A stretch of 64,000 bases of DNA, taken from contig CAWAUV010000008.1 in NCBI GenBank assembly GCA_963785305.1, forward strand, positions 96,001-160,000, written 5' to 3'. This document shows positions 34,477 to 49,478 of this stretch, piece after piece; position 1 is the first letter of the stretch; each line of letters opens with the position of its first letter. The notes under the pieces were generated by a model. It saw only the letters and a program-made list of their open reading frames with translations, did no database searches and was not told the origin of the DNA. The translations under genes were made by a program, and so were the position numbers. This DNA comes from an uncultured Planctomycetaceae bacterium. Its GTDB lineage: Bacteria > Planctomycetota > Planctomycetia > Pirellulales > PALSA-1355.

Positions 34477-35576
34477 TCACACCGCCGCGATTCGATGCGT
34501 GGGCACGGGGCGACCGGGACGAAAACTTTGCAGAGCGCGGATCGTTGCCCGCGCGTCGAGCGCCGCCGCCGCGCGCTCCACGGCTAGGCGGACCAGGGTA
34601 GCGAGCGTTTCGGGGTCGATGGCCACGCGGGCATTGACCACCACTTCGGCCCGCTTTGTTCTGCAGCGCGAGGGCAGCGAGAGCATTGCCGGGGTCTCGC
34701 TGCTCACGAGATTCGCGACACCGAAAAAACCTTCCCACAGGCCGATCACCTTGAGATGGGCCACCTCGGCGGCGCAGGCCACCAAGTCTTGTTGCAAGGG
34801 CGCAAGAGGCCGAGCAAAAACGCATCGAGCTCGAACGGCAAGTCGGCTTCGAGCAGCAGTTGGCTGTTGAGCCAGCCGAGTTCGGCTTCGCCCTCGGCAT
34901 AAATATCGTAATCGACATCCATCACCCGGCGGCCAAAAGCCCCTTGCTGGTCGAGCACTTCGCACAAGGCATCGAACCCTTCGCCGGTCTTGGCCGAAAG
35001 CCGCACGACCGCGCGGCCGGGAAATTCATGTTCGAGCAACTCGGCGAGTTCCTGGACCTCGTCGGGCGATAATTCATCGGTGCGATTCACGATCACGAAA
35101 TCGGCTTCTTCGATCTGCTTGCGAAAAATATATTCCGCCTTGGACGAAAAACCGCCCTTGGCCCGCTTGAGAATCCTCACGCCATGGCTCGGCTTGACGA
35201 TCACGCCATAGGGCGCGATGTCGAATGGCCGCGCATAAATCCGTTCGAGCGGGCGAATCACCGTCGCCACCAAATCCGTGCAACTGCCGACCGGCTCGGC
35301 CAAGATCACATCCGGCCGCTCGCCGGCGCCCAGGCCCTCGACAGCGCCGGTCAGCGCATCGAAATTGCAGCAGAAACACGAGCCCGCGACCTCGCCCACC
35401 TCGAAGCCCGCGCCGCGAAGCAGGCTCGTATCCACGAGGTCGGTCGTTTGGTCGTTGGTCACAATGCCCACTCGCTTGCCTTGCGATTGAAACCGCCGGG
35501 CGAGTCGGGCAAGGGTCGTGGTTTTGCCGGCGCCTAGAAAGCCGCCGAGCAGAATGAATCGCGGGGTCGTGGTCAT
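34477..35576 (-). CDS. COG0523 / CobW-P47K family G3E GTPase (frameshift near 34805)
   Basis: [16 protein letters not shown] metal motif, AEPVGSC, NRTD, SAKTGEG. Confidence 0.9.
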
Positions 35577-36500
35577 GAAGGGTCCTCGAGCGTTGAAGTC
35601 GCGTGCGCCGGCAGCCTGGGTCGCAACAGCCTTTGATAAAAACCGCCGCCCGCGATGGCCCCCAGGATCGGCGCCAGAATATACACTACCAGCCAGCCCT
35701 GACCACGCGGCCCAGGCAGCGCCACCGGGCCCCAACCGGCAAGATACGCGAACAGGCGCGGCCCAAAGTCGCGGGCCGGGTTGAAGCACGCTTGCGTGAG
35801 CGGCGCGAGCACGCAGATCAGCGCCGTGACGGTCAGGCCGATGAACACGGGCGCCAGATTGGCGAGCGGTCGCCCGACGTTGCGTGGATCGGTCACGGCG
35901 AACACCACGATCGCGAGGATCATCGTGCCCAGCAGTTCGGCCAGCGCGGCGGCTTCTTGGCTGAATCGTGCATTGAGCAGCTTCGTGCATCGCCACGTCA
36001 TAAGCGCCGCCCGCGGCGCCCAAGGAGCCGGGGTTCGGGAAATATTCGCCGTAGCACATCGCCGTGATGATGCTGCCCGGCTCACCGCGCACGACGCCTT
36101 TTTCGGATTCCTTGGCGGCGAGATAACTCGAAAACAAAGTGAAAAGCATCAGGGCCCCGAACATCGCCCCGCAAACTTGCGCCGCGATGTACGGTCCCAC
36201 GCTTCGCCAGGGATGGCGATTCCAAGCAGCGAAGGCCAGCGTGATCGCGGGGTTCAAATGCGCACCGCTGATGGCGCCGACCACGAAGATCGCGAGCATG
36301 ATCGCCAGCCCCCACACGATCGCCACCGCGCCCAGGCCCAGGGCGCCAAAGAGCACATCGACATGCACCGCCCCGCAGCCGAAGAACACGAGTAAAAACG
36401 TGCCGAACGCTTCGGCCAACAACACACCGAGAAAAGACGGGCGACACGCCTCTGGCGATTCCGGTACCGGTTCGTTCATGAAAAGGTCGGCCTCGCTCAT
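35573..36500 (-). CDS. MIP family channel, aquaglyceroporin (GlpF-like) (frameshift near 35980)
   Basis: [10 protein letters not shown] and [18 protein letters not shown] and AELLGT helices. Confidence 0.92.
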
Positions 36501-37061
36501 CAAAGTCGCCGGAAGCTCGATTCAAGGGCCAAGAAACAGCGGGTCAACGAAAGACGGACATTCTAACGACGGTTTGAATGCCCCGCAAAGCGCGAGCCAT
36601 ACAAATAACTGAGCCGCACGCGCGGGGCTCCGCCGGAGTCGGCGTCGACCGCCAGCGGCGGACTGGTTCATTTTCTGTTGGCCGCCGGGATCGAGGTCTC
36701 GGTTCCGGCGCACTGCCTCGACGTGATTCGCTGTCTGGCCGAGAGCGTTCGGCGCGCGGGCGCCGAGCGTTGTGAACAACGCCGCGTCGCCTGCGAACGG
36801 GATGTCGACAGGGAGACACCCAGGGAGATATCAGACAAACGAGCGATCGTCCGCCACCGAGGAATATCGCCGCAACCGCAAGACGCCGCGGCAAGCGGCC
36901 ACGCTCTTCGGACCCGCGGGGGGCAAATTCTTTCCGCGAGGGAGCCGAACGAAATGGGCTCACGCAAACGGGCGCGGTTGCAAGGAAACGCCGTTTGGAT
37001 GGCGCATGCCCACGCGAGCGTGGACATGCGGCCGTCTTTCGCGGCCAAAATGCAAAAAAAA

Positions 37062-37091
37062 TTGACTTTTTCGCGCGCTCGCCGGTATACT
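37062..37091 (+). promoter_or_regulatory. Sigma70-type promoter upstream of the DUF1501 gene
   Basis: TTGACT-18 bp-TATACT preceded by an A-tract, in a GC-rich background. Confidence 0.65.
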
Positions 37092-37248
37092 GAGGCGATC
37101 ATCGGCTAGGCCCGCCTTAGCTCGACTCGCCCCGACAGCTTGCCGCGTTTGACCGCGTCGTTCGTCCCACGAGAGTCGTCGAAGTCAGTCCCCACCGAGG
37201 CGCCCCGAGTCACTGTGTCTCGAATCCTTTGCTGGAGGCAATCAATCC

Positions 37249-38741
37249 ATGTTGCGCATTCCCGGACAATTGGGCAACGACCTGTGCGACCGTGGCTTGC
37301 GACCGAGTCGGCGCGACTTGCTGCGAGTCGGCGGATCGGCCCTCTTGGGACTCACCTTGGGCGATCTATTTCGCGCACAGGCCGGCGCGGCCCGCGCGGC
37401 GACGAGCGAGCCGGTGGCCTTCAGCGGCGGCGGACCGGGGTGGGGCAAGGCCAAGAGCGTGATCATGCTCTATTTGCAAGGCGGCCCCAGCCATCTCGAC
37501 CTTTGGGACCCGAAGGAAAACGTGCCCGACAATGTGCGGAGCGTGTTCAAGCCGATCGCGACCAAAGTGCCGGGCGTGCAATTCACCGAGCTGCATGCCG
37601 CGGCTTGGCCGAAGTGACCGACAAGCTCACATTGATTCGTTCGCTGAGCTATACGCCGATTGGCTTGTTCAACCACACCGCCGCCATCTATCAGATGCAC
37701 ACCGGCTACACGACCGATAAGGTCAGTCCCTCGGGCCAGCTCGAACCGCCCACGCCGAAGGATTTTCCCACGTTTGGCTCGAACATCATTCGGCTCAAAC
37801 CGCCCACGGAGCCGATGCTGCCGTTTGTGATGTTGCCGCGTCCGTTGCAGGAGAGCAACGTGGTGGGCAAGGGCGGATCGGCCGGCTTTCTGGGCCGGGC
37901 CTTCGACCCCTACGTGCTTTATCCGGGCGGAGCCGATAGCGACGCGGGAGTGCTCGACGCGATCAAGCTCGACGATCTGACGCTGCGGCCCGAGGTGTCT
38001 ACCGCCCGGCTCGAGCGGCGGGCTCGCCTGCGCGACCTGATTAACGACGGCATGCCGGCCCTTGACAAGGCTGTCGCGAAATACGATCTCGACGAATACT
38101 ACTTGAAGGCGATGGGGCTCATCAGTTCGGGCCGAGCCCGGGACGCCTTCGACCTGCAAAAAGAGCCGACCGCGATGCGCGATCGTTACGGTCGCACCAC
38201 CTTTGGTCAAAGCTGCTTGCTCGCCCGGCGGCTGGTCGAAGCGGGCACTCGGGTGGTGGAAGTCGTTTGGCCCAAGGTGGCCAATTCCGACAATCACTCG
38301 TTCGATGTGCATGTGGGCCTGTCGGGCCGCATGAAGAACCAAAGCGCTCCGATGCTCGATCCGGCCGTGGCGAGCCTGATCGCCGATCTCGACGACCGGG
38401 GCATGCTCGACGAGACGCTTGTCGTGGCCGTGGGCGAATTCGGCCGCAGTCCGCAGCGGGGCGTGAGCACCTCGGGCAACGGCAACAGCGACGATGGCCG
38501 CGACCACTGGCCGTATTGCTATACCTGCGTGATGGCCGGGGCGGGCATCAAGCGGGGTTTCGTGTATGGCAAGAGCGACGCCACGGGCTCGGCTCCCCTG
38601 GAGACGCCGGTTCACCCCACGGAATTACTGGCGACAATTTACCATGCGATGGGTATCAATCCGCTCACGATCGTGTATAATCATTTGAATCAACCCCGAG
38701 AACTTGTTAAGGGCGAAGCGGTCACACAAGTGTTCGCCTGA
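37249..38741 (+). CDS. DUF1501 family protein with Tat-like signal (frameshift near 37595)
   Basis: [60 protein letters not shown]. Confidence 0.93.
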
Positions 38742-38791
38742 TGTCCGGTTCGGCGCCTCCCGCCCCGCAGCTTCACGTCTAATTCGTCTCG

Positions 38792-38826
38792 GCACAGGCC
38801 CCGTCCCCAACGGGGCTTGTGCTTTT
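38792..38826 (+). terminator. Intrinsic terminator after the DUF1501 gene
   Basis: gcacaggccccgt-cccca-acggggcttgtgc followed by tttt. Confidence 0.7.
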
Positions 38827-39032
38827 GATGGGGGCATTTTTTCCGCGACGTTGAACGCGTCCTTTCGCCGCGTCGCGTATTTCGCGGCGCCGGTGGATCT
38901 GCCTCATGATTCGCTCCGACGCTTTTCCCCAGCGATTTGGTGGCAAGCGGTGGCCGGTGAAGTTAACATGCTGGACGTGCCCGCCCGGAGTTCCATTCCC
39001 CTCCACCCCTTAAGAATTTGCAAGGAGACGTC

Positions 39033-40029
39033 ATGCGTCGGTTCTCTGTTCGGTTTATGTCGATGGCTTGGCTCGTGGCCGCGCTGGTGAGTTCGTTGTC
39101 ATGCGCTCGGGCGGCCGAGCAGGAAGCGTTTACCGATCCGGCCAAGGCGGGGCCCGACTTCGCCGTGCAAGGCGAATACGTCGGCGACTTGAACTGGCAC
39201 GGCGCCGAACACCAAGATCGGTGTCCAAGTCATCGCCCTGGGTGATGGAAAATTCGACGCCGTGCTCCATGCCGGCGGTTTGCCGGGCGACGGTTGGAAA
39301 CGCGGCGATTTCCGTGAAAAAGCCACCGGCAAGACCGAAGGCGACGCCACGAATTTCAAATCCGACAAATGGACCGCCAAACTCGCCGACGGCAAGCTCA
39401 CGGTGATGGGCTCGGGCGGCGAATCGCTCGGCTCGCTCGCCAAGGTGGAGCGCAAGAGCCCCACGCTTGGCGAGAAACCGCCCGCCGGCGCCGTGGTGCT
39501 GTTCGATGGATCGAACGCCGATCAATTCAAAAACGGCAAGATCGTCGAGGGCGACTTGCTCTTGGCCGGCACGTTTACCAAGGCCGACTTCAAGGACTTC
39601 ACCTTGCACCTCGAATTTCGCACCCCGTTCGTGCCCAAGGCCCGTGGACAAGGTCGCGGCAACAGCGGGCTCTACTTGCAGAACCGCTACGAAGTCCAGG
39701 TGCTCGACTCCTTCGGCCTCGAAGGCGAGAACAACGAGTGCGGCGGCATTTACCAGCTTGCGCATCCGGTGGTGAATATGTGCCTGCCGCCCTTGAGCTG
39801 GCAGACCTACGATGTGCGGTTCACCGCCGCTCGCTACGAAGGCAAAGACAAAGTAAAAGACGCCCGGGTCACGATTCGGCAAAACGGCGTCGTGATTCAA
39901 GACGATCTCGATCTCGCGCACGCCACGCCGGGCGGCCAAGGCGAAGGTCCCGGTCCGGCCCCGCTGCAACTGCAAGCGCATGGCAACCCGGTGACATATC
40001 GCAATATCTGGATCGTGCCGTCGAACTAA
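39033..40029 (+). CDS. DUF1080 (3-keto-disaccharide hydrolase-like) protein (frameshift near 39205)
   Basis: AVVLFDG, DFTLHLEF, GNSGLYLQNRYEVQVLDS, WQTYDV, LQAHGNPVTYRNIW. Confidence 0.9.
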
Positions 40030-40208
40030 CGCCTCGCGGAGCGTGGGCCTCAAGCAGTTTGTTGAAAAGTGCCCTCGTGGTCCCTCGTGGCATTTTTCAA
40101 CCTCGCCAAGCGCCGAGCAAAGCGCGTCCTTGCGGCGGCGCAGCCTGCTTCAGAAGCTCCGCCAACTGGTCGGAAAGAAAGCAAGGCGCTCGCTCGGGCA
40201 AAGCAGGC

Positions 40209-41310
40209 TCACGCGGCGCGTTTCGATTCGCCGAGCTCGTCGTGGGGCGCTTCGTTGGCCGGCATCGTGATCGTGCTCGCCTTGGCAAAGGAGACCAACC
40301 GCTGGCGGTCTTCGTCCCAGAGCTTCAGCGACGCGCAGCCAAGGCTTTGCCAAAACCCGAGCGTGACCACGCGACGCAGACTGGACTCCGCCTCGTGGCA
40401 GGCCGGCAGGTTGTAATTGGGGATGCGGCTATTGAGATGATGGATGTGATGAAAGCCGATGTTGCCCGTGAACCATTGGAGCACGCGCGGGAGGCGATAA
40501 TACGAACTCCCGGCCAGCGCGGCCTCGGTGAAGTCCCACGAATGATCCGGCCGCCAGTAAGCGTCCTCGAATTGATGCTGCACGAAAAACAACCAGCTAC
40601 CGGCCGCGGCGGCGAGGGTAATCACCGGAATTTCCACGAGCAAGAACGTCGCCGAGGCCGATCGTCCGCCAAGCGAGCGCGAGCACCGCGAGCATCGCGA
40701 GGTTCGTCGCATGAACGCTCCGTCGCTCGCGTTTCCATGATTTGGGAACATTCCCCGCGAAGCGTTGTCGAATCAGAAACGCATACGTCGAACCCACGAC
40801 GAACATGAACAACGGATGTCGATACGCGCGATAGCGGAGTCGCCCCCAAGGCGAGAGCGCCAAGTATTCGTTCACCGTCAACGTGCCCACGTCGCCCAGG
40901 CCGCGATGGCTGAGATTGCCGCTGGTCACATGATGTCGCGAGTGCGTGCGCCGCCAGAAGTGATAAGGCGTGCAGGTCAGCACTCCACACACGAAGCCGA
41001 GTCCGTCGTTGGCTCTCTGGCCATGAAAAAACGAATGATGCCCGCAGTCGTGTTGAATGATGAACACGCGCAGGAGAAAGCCCGCCGTGGGAACGGCGAG
41101 CAACAGCGTCAGCCACCACGACACGAACGAGCCCAGATAAGCCAGATACCAGCAGGCGAAGAACGGCGGAATCGAATTCGCAACCTGCCAGCAGCTTTTC
41201 CAGGTGTTCGCGTGCTTGTGGCGCGAGATCGTTTCGCTCCACGCGGCGCCAGTGGATTCCGTGTCTTCATTCGACACGATCTTCACCTTTCCGCTGCTCA
41301 TGCGAGACAT
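40209..41310 (-). CDS. Membrane fatty acid desaturase (frameshift near 40655)
   Basis: Three His boxes: QHDCGH, HSRHH, HHIHH. Confidence 0.93.
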
Positions 41311-41899
41311 GGACTTCGCCAAGGTGACTTCCTTGATAGGGTGCTGTCCAAAGCCACATCCGCGGCGCGGACGCGGGTCAATCCGATGCAAGGATCACGA
41401 ACGACTGGGAAATGGCCAGACGCCCGCGAGTTCCCGCGGCGTCTCGACGAGATTGGTTGTTCACGGACTTCGCGTCGCACAATGCGTCGGCAGAAGGTAG
41501 CGACAACGCGGGTCGGCGCATATGCCAATCGCGGCGAGTCCAATCGCCAAAGCGCCAGCGCCCCGTGCTCGATGCTTTCGCGGTCGCGCGGCGAAGTATC
41601 GTTTTCGTGACAGCACCGGCAATGATGGCAGCGGGCGGCGGCCGCGAGTCGGCCGAGGAAATCCCGCCGGATTGCCGACAAAGCGAAGGCAATCGCGGCC
41701 GACCGAAGGAAGCGTCCTCGGGGCAGTCCTTGAAATTTCGGCCGGATTCAAGCCCACCCCGCCACGGGGCGCGGGGCGTTGTCCGAGGCCCCGGGCCAAG
41801 TTATTGCTCCGCGCATGGCCCCAGACTATGATGCGGCTCTTGGCGCCGATGCGTTTTTTCGTTCCCCACCCCGGCCTCGCTTCACATCAAGCGGTGACA

Positions 41900-43357
41900 A
41901 TGAACACAAAAAAGCTTCTCGGATCATCGTGGGTCGTCGGCTTGCCGCTGGGCGCCGTGGCGATCATGACATTCATGGCGCCGACGCATCGGCTGGCTAC
42001 AGCCGCCGACCCGAGCCCCGATTCGAAAATCAAAGTCGTCTTCGACATTGAAATCAAGGCCGGCGAGCTCGAGCGACGGCATAGCCCAGCCAGTGCCACG
42101 CTGACTTTGCCGGCAACGCTCACCCAGGAAAATGGGCTCGGCGTCACTCTGACCGACGCCGCCGGCAAAGAGCATTCGGCTCAACTCACCGAAGCGCCGC
42201 TTCTAGCGCAAGACGCGACCGCCGGCGCCAAGCCGACGCGCAATCGGCTGAACTTCATTGTCGATCATTTGGCCCGCGGGGCGAGCGAACATTGGGCCGC
42301 CACGATCGCCAGTCCCGCCGCCGGAGCGGCCAATAGCGCCTCGGCGAGCAGCGCCGGAGCGCCGGGTTTCGAATGGTGCGCCACGCCGGGGGATCATATC
42401 GACCTCGAATATCGCGATGCGCGTGGCGAACGGCCGGTGTTGCGGTATATGAATCAGCCGCTCGATGAATCGAGCAAGGAAGCCCGCTCGGCCACGTTCA
42501 AGGTATATCATCACGTCTTCGATCCCAGCGGCGTGACCCTGCTCACCAAGGGCGTGGGCGGCGAATTCACGCACCACCGTGGCCTGTTCTTCGGCTTTAA
42601 TAAGGTCAGCTACGATGGCGGCGCCAAGAAAGCCGATGTTTGGCATTGCACCGGCGACGCCTTCCAATCGCACGACGACACCCTGGCCAGCGAAGCCGGG
42701 CCGGTGCTCGGCCGGCATCGCCTTTCGATCGGCTGGCATGGTCCGGGCAAGGAAACCTTTGCCGAGGAGCATCGCGAGCTCACGGCCTATGCTCCGCCGA
42801 GCGCCGCGAGCGGCATGCCGGTCGGCACACTGGTCGAATTCGCCACGCGGGTGCGGCCCGTGAAAGGCGAAGTGAAGCTCGATGGCGATCCGCAGCATGC
42901 CGGCTTCCACTTCCGCGCTTCGCAAGAAGTGAGCGAGCGCGCGACGAAACTGAAGAGGGAAGGCGCGAAAGCCGAACCCCAGCTTCGCGAGCACCAGACG
43001 TATTTCCTGAGGCCCAACGGCATCGGCAAGCCGGGCGAGACGCGCAACTGGGATGTGAAGAATGAGTCCACCAAGGGCGAAGTCAATTATCCCTGGAAGG
43101 GCATGAGCTTCGTCGTGGCCGATCATCGTTATACGGTGGCGTATCTCGATCGGCCCACGAATCCCAAGGAATCTCGCTTCAGCGAACGCGACTACGGCCG
43201 CTTCGGATCGTATTTCGAATACACGATGACTGCCGAGCACCCGCTCGAACTGAACTATCGGGTTTGGATTCAGCCGGGAGAAATGAAGCTCGAAGACATC
43301 GCGGCGCTCGACGAGGACTTCAATCACCCGATCGAAGTCGTGGCGACGGCGAAATAG
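41900..43357 (+). CDS. DUF6807 / PF14100 PmoA-like secreted protein (not a methane monooxygenase)
   Basis: Signal peptide; YHHVFDPSG..THHRGLFFG, DPQHAGFHFRA, YLDRPTNP..RDYGRFG. Confidence 0.7.
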   Translation: MNTKKLLGSSWVVGLPLGAVAIMTFMAPTHRLATAADPSPDSKIKVVFDIEIKAGELERRHSPASATLTLPATLTQENGLGVTLTDAAGKEHSAQLTEAPLLAQDATAGAKPTRNRLNFIVDHLARGASEHWAATIASPAAGAANSASASSAGAPGFEWCATPGDHIDLEYRDARGERPVLRYMNQPLDESSKEARSATFKVYHHVFDPSGVTLLTKGVGGEFTHHRGLFFGFNKVSYDGGAKKADVWHCTGDAFQSHDDTLASEAGPVLGRHRLSIGWHGPGKETFAEEHRELTAYAPPSAASGMPVGTLVEFATRVRPVKGEVKLDGDPQHAGFHFRASQEVSERATKLKREGAKAEPQLREHQTYFLRPNGIGKPGETRNWDVKNESTKGEVNYPWKGMSFVVADHRYTVAYLDRPTNPKESRFSERDYGRFGSYFEYTMTAEHPLELNYRVWIQPGEMKLEDIAALDEDFNHPIEVVATAK

Positions 43358-43512
43358 GCGATCGTGCCTTGCGTCGGCGGTATTGCGTCGGCGGCCGTGG
43401 CCTCGCCGGCGACGGGTCGCCGATATCGCGCCGTCAACTCGACCGCTCTCGATTATCCACTTCCGAGGAATCTCGCAAGCGTCCGCTTCGGGCGCGACTG
43501 GAAAGACCATCA

Positions 43513-44238
43513 ATGCGCGTCCATCGAATGTTGCCGAAAGGCTCGAGTCTGGTTGGGTTCCTCGCGAGTGCGATTGCGATGTTGCCGGCGATGGTGACTG
43601 TGCGCGCGGCCGACAATAGCCCGCCGCCGGGCTTCGTGGCGCTTTTCGATGGCGTGGATCTCGCCGGCTGGAAGGGGCTGGTCGAGCCGAAGGGTGGGCC
43701 GCCGGCTCGCGCCAAGCTTTCGCCGGAAGCGTTGGCCGAGGCCCAAGCCAAGGCCGATGCCTCGATGCGCGAGCATTGGAAGGCCGCCGACGGCATGCTG
43801 GTGTACGATGGCCACGGCGAGAGCCTTTGCACCGCCAAGGACTACGGCGATTTCGAGCTCTTGGTCGACTGGAAGATTCCCGCCGGGGGCGACAGCGGCG
43901 TCTATCTTCGCGGCACGCCCCAAGTGCAAATCTGGGACACGGCCCTGGTCAAAGTCGTGGCGCAGGTCGGCTCGGGCGGGCTCTACAACAACAAAAACCA
44001 CCCGAACAAGCCGCTCGCCAAGGCCGATAAGCCGGTTGGCGAGTGGAACACGTTTCATATTCGCATGGTGGGCGACAAGGTGACGGTGCGGCTCAACGAC
44101 CAGCTTGTGGTCGACCAAACGCCGCTCGAGAATTATTGGCAGCGCGACCAGCCGCTGCCGGCCACCGGTCAGATCGAATTGCAGAATCATGGCGGACCGC
44201 TGTACTTCAAAAACATCTACCTCAAGGAATTGCCGTAG
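43513..44238 (+). CDS. DUF1080 family protein
   Basis: [54 protein letters not shown]. Confidence 0.92.
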   Translation: MRVHRMLPKGSSLVGFLASAIAMLPAMVTVRAADNSPPPGFVALFDGVDLAGWKGLVEPKGGPPARAKLSPEALAEAQAKADASMREHWKAADGMLVYDGHGESLCTAKDYGDFELLVDWKIPAGGDSGVYLRGTPQVQIWDTALVKVVAQVGSGGLYNNKNHPNKPLAKADKPVGEWNTFHIRMVGDKVTVRLNDQLVVDQTPLENYWQRDQPLPATGQIELQNHGGPLYFKNIYLKELP

Positions 44239-44252
44239 TCGCGGCGAGCACG

Positions 44253-46303
<2,051 letters not shown>

Positions 46304-46345
46304 GCCGATCGCCGATCGCGAGCTTTTCGCCTAGGAACGGACTAC

Positions 46346-47068
46346 ATGGCCCAACAATCGACGGATGCCCGCGTCGAACCGCTCGACGCGCTCGTGATTG
46401 CTCCGCATCCCGACGATGCCGAACTGGGCGCCGGCGGCGCGATCCTCAACATGCTCACCGCCGGTCGACGCGTCGGAGTGCTCGATCTCACCAGCGGCGA
46501 GCCGACTCCCCATGGCTCGCTCGAATTGCGGGCCCAGGAAACCGCCGCCGCCACCGCGATTCTCGGGCTCACCTGGCGCGGGAATCTTGGCCTTCCGAAC
46601 CGCGGCCTCGAGGCGACACTCGAAGCGCGGGCCAAGCTGGCCACCGAATTTCGCCGCTTGCGCCCGCGATGGCTGTTCGCGCCTTATTGGGTCGATGCGC
46701 ACCCGGACCATGTGGCGGCGACCGCGCTGGTCGAGGCGGCGCGGTTCTGGTCGAAGCTCACCAAGACCGACATGCCGCACGCGCCGTTTCATCCGGAGCG
46801 CATTTTCTATTATAGCTGCGTGCATCTTCGCGTCGTCGATCCGCCGGCGTTCGTGCTCGACATCAGCGACGTGTGGCCGAGGAAACTGGCCGCGATCGCT
46901 TGCTATGAAAGCCAGTTCATCACCGGCCGCCCGACGGAGCCGCCGACATTTCTCGACCGCCTCGCGGATCAAGCGGCCTATTGGGGCTGGTCGATCGGCC
47001 GCCGCCATGGCGAATGGTACCAAAGCCGCGAGCCGCTTGGCGTGGGCGGCTTCGAGGCGTTTGTTTAA
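46346..47068 (+). CDS. bshB1: PIG-L family deacetylase, BshB1-like
   Basis: APHPDDAELG, DLTSGEPTPHGS..R..E, HPDH, KLAAIACYESQF. Confidence 0.8.
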   Translation: MAQQSTDARVEPLDALVIAPHPDDAELGAGGAILNMLTAGRRVGVLDLTSGEPTPHGSLELRAQETAAATAILGLTWRGNLGLPNRGLEATLEARAKLATEFRRLRPRWLFAPYWVDAHPDHVAATALVEAARFWSKLTKTDMPHAPFHPERIFYYSCVHLRVVDPPAFVLDISDVWPRKLAAIACYESQFITGRPTEPPTFLDRLADQAAYWGWSIGRRHGEWYQSREPLGVGGFEAFV

Positions 47069-47079
47069 ACGCGGGCCCG

Positions 47080-49478
47080 TCACTCGAAGCTAGAGTTCAA
47101 GCGGATCTTGCCCGTCAGCGCGGGTTTTGCGGGCGCCGAACGCTGCTCGAAATCGATCGCCAACTTCGTGATCTGGTCGTTAGTCACTTCAAGCTCCCAG
47201 ACCGCGAATGCGCCGATGACCTTGTTATTCCCGCGCCCCTTGCCAAAAAAATCGATCCCAGGCGCATCGCCGCTGAACGCGAATCGCGTGGCGCCGGGAT
47301 ACTCGCCTACTTTCAGGAACTGCTTTCTTGGCGCTCCGATTTCGCAATGCCAGCCATCGACCAGGATCGAGACGCCGCGTTGCGACGGGTGGATTTTAAT
47401 CTGGTCGCTGGGGTAATCGTATGTCTTTCCCGCGCCGATGAATTCGCCCCGCGAGCTGATCACCTTCATATACGTCGTGGGCGTCGCGCTGGCGGCCGGC
47501 TTCTGAAAGACGCCCTTGAATGGAAAATCGCCTGACGCCTCCGGTCGGTCCGGTCTCGACGCGTTCGCCGACTCGCTCGGTCTTGCTGGCCTGGCGGGTG
47601 CGGCGGCCACCGGCGCCGCCGGCGTGGCGGGGAGCGAAATCCCGCGGGGGTTGCCCGCCAGACGCGTCAAGTCGACATCGAAACTCAGCACGATTTGCAA
47701 ATCGTCGGGCGCCGTGGCTTCGGAGGATATGGTCAACCTGCTCGACGAGATAAACCCGCGCTGCACGTCGAACGTGAATTTGCCGGATACATCCCCATCA
47801 AGGTGGTCATTACCGGCGTCGCGGCCTTGCACCTTCCCGGTGAAGGTCACCAGTGCTTCCGGTCCATCGGCGGACGCGCGAATTCCTTCGTAGGCGCACG
47901 TCATCACGAGATCGATCACTTTCGCCTTTTTGCCGGTTTTGAGCAGCATCGGCAGTTTGACCGGCCAAGTCTCGCCCCGCGCGACCTTGCGGTTCGGGAT
48001 GATGAACGTCGAGGACTCGTAACCATTGCAAATCTGGGTCATGTACTCGGCGACTCCCTCGCGGAGCGCGGGCGGGAGGCGGGGATTGAGGCTCGTGTCC
48101 GCCCGTTCGCGCAAGCGGTTCGACTCGTCGACCACGAACCGCGGCGGAATGCGTTGCAGTAGCGCCGCAACCTCGGCCGGGGCCGGCGCCGACTTGTCGT
48201 TTTCGACGATGTTCAATTTCGGCTGGCCAAAACCGACGGTTACCAGCGCTCCCTTCGGGTTGGGAGAAAACGACTCGAGTAGATCGATCTCCGACGAGTG
48301 CGCCACGATGTACTGGTTCTTGCCCTGGCTCAGGGCTAACGACTGTGAAGTCTTGAGATGAACAGTGCGCTTTTTTGCTCCGGGAGCTTCGCGCTCAATT
48401 CGGCGGCGACCCGTTCCACGGCCTGGCTGGCGTCGAATGCCCGCGGCGCCCCCCAGACCGCAGCGCCTTTGGCAAACGTGAGCACCGGCTGGACCCAGGC
48501 GACTTGCCCGGACTTCAGCTTCGGCAGCGGGACGTCGCCATGGGCAATGTTCTTCGCATAGTCCAGCGAAACGCTCGCCCGCGGTCCGTCGTCGGGCAAC
48601 GGTTTCGCTTCCTTCGACGAAAACGCCCGATGCTCCTCGGGCTTGCCGGCCCAAACCTCGACGCGCATATCGTGAATCCTTTGGAACGGATCGAGACATT
48701 TGTATTCGAGCGGCACGCGCACGCCGCCTTTGTCGCGAAACGGTTGGTCGGACCGGGCTTCGAGGATGTTTCCGGCCAGCAGCGCCCTGACGATGTGTCC
48801 CGGGATCGCGAAGTTGATCTGCGTGTTGCGAAGAATCGCGACGGACACGCCGATCACATGTCCCTCGGCATCGACGACCGGTCCGCCCGAATTGCCGGGA
48901 TGCATGCCGCCGTTGACCTGGATCTGCCGTAATTCACCGTGCGCGTCGGTGCGCAAGCTCGACACCGACGATTCGCTCACCGTGATGTTCTTGCCCAGCT
49001 CGGTTCCAAAAGGGAAGCCGAAGATGTAGACCTTTTGCGTTTCGATCAAGTCTTCCGATCTGCCGAATAGCAGCGACGCCGGGGGCGCCTGATCCCCTTC
49101 CGCCATCAGGACCGCGACGTCGTTCGAGCGATCGATGCCCAGCAACGTGCCTGGCAATTGAGTCTCGTTGGCGGCGCCGGAATTGACGATCACTTCGATC
49201 TTGGCCGGCGGTTTGCTGTTGGCCCGCAACATTCCAAGCACATGCGCGTTGGTGACGACGACCCCTCGCCCGATGGCGAAGAAGCCGCTTCCTTCGAGTC
49301 GCTGATTGTGTTCGTCCGTCACCCGCAGCAAAACCGTGGCTTGTTTCACCCGTCGCACGGCGTTTGCCGCGATGCCGCTCGACGGCGCGGGCGCGGCTTC
49401 GGCGCGCACGGCCCGGGGGATGTCCGCCGCCAAACCGAGAACAACAACGCAAATCGTCCAACAGCGACGGCTACCCAT
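47080..49478 (-). CDS. Secreted trypsin-like (S1) serine protease with long C-terminal extension (frameshift near 48370)
   Basis: GSGFF, TNAHV, NDVAVL, PGNSGGP; continues in ORF 47080..48699. Confidence 0.85.

Noticed and set aside
34746..36503. Aquaporin-GTPase fusion protein (585-aa ORF)
   Set aside because: Artefact of a frameshift in the aquaporin; the channel has its own stop overlapping the GTPase ATG.
41900..43357. Particulate methane monooxygenase
   Set aside because: Soluble secreted protein of the misleadingly named PmoA-like family; no pmoC/pmoB and no polytopic membrane topology.
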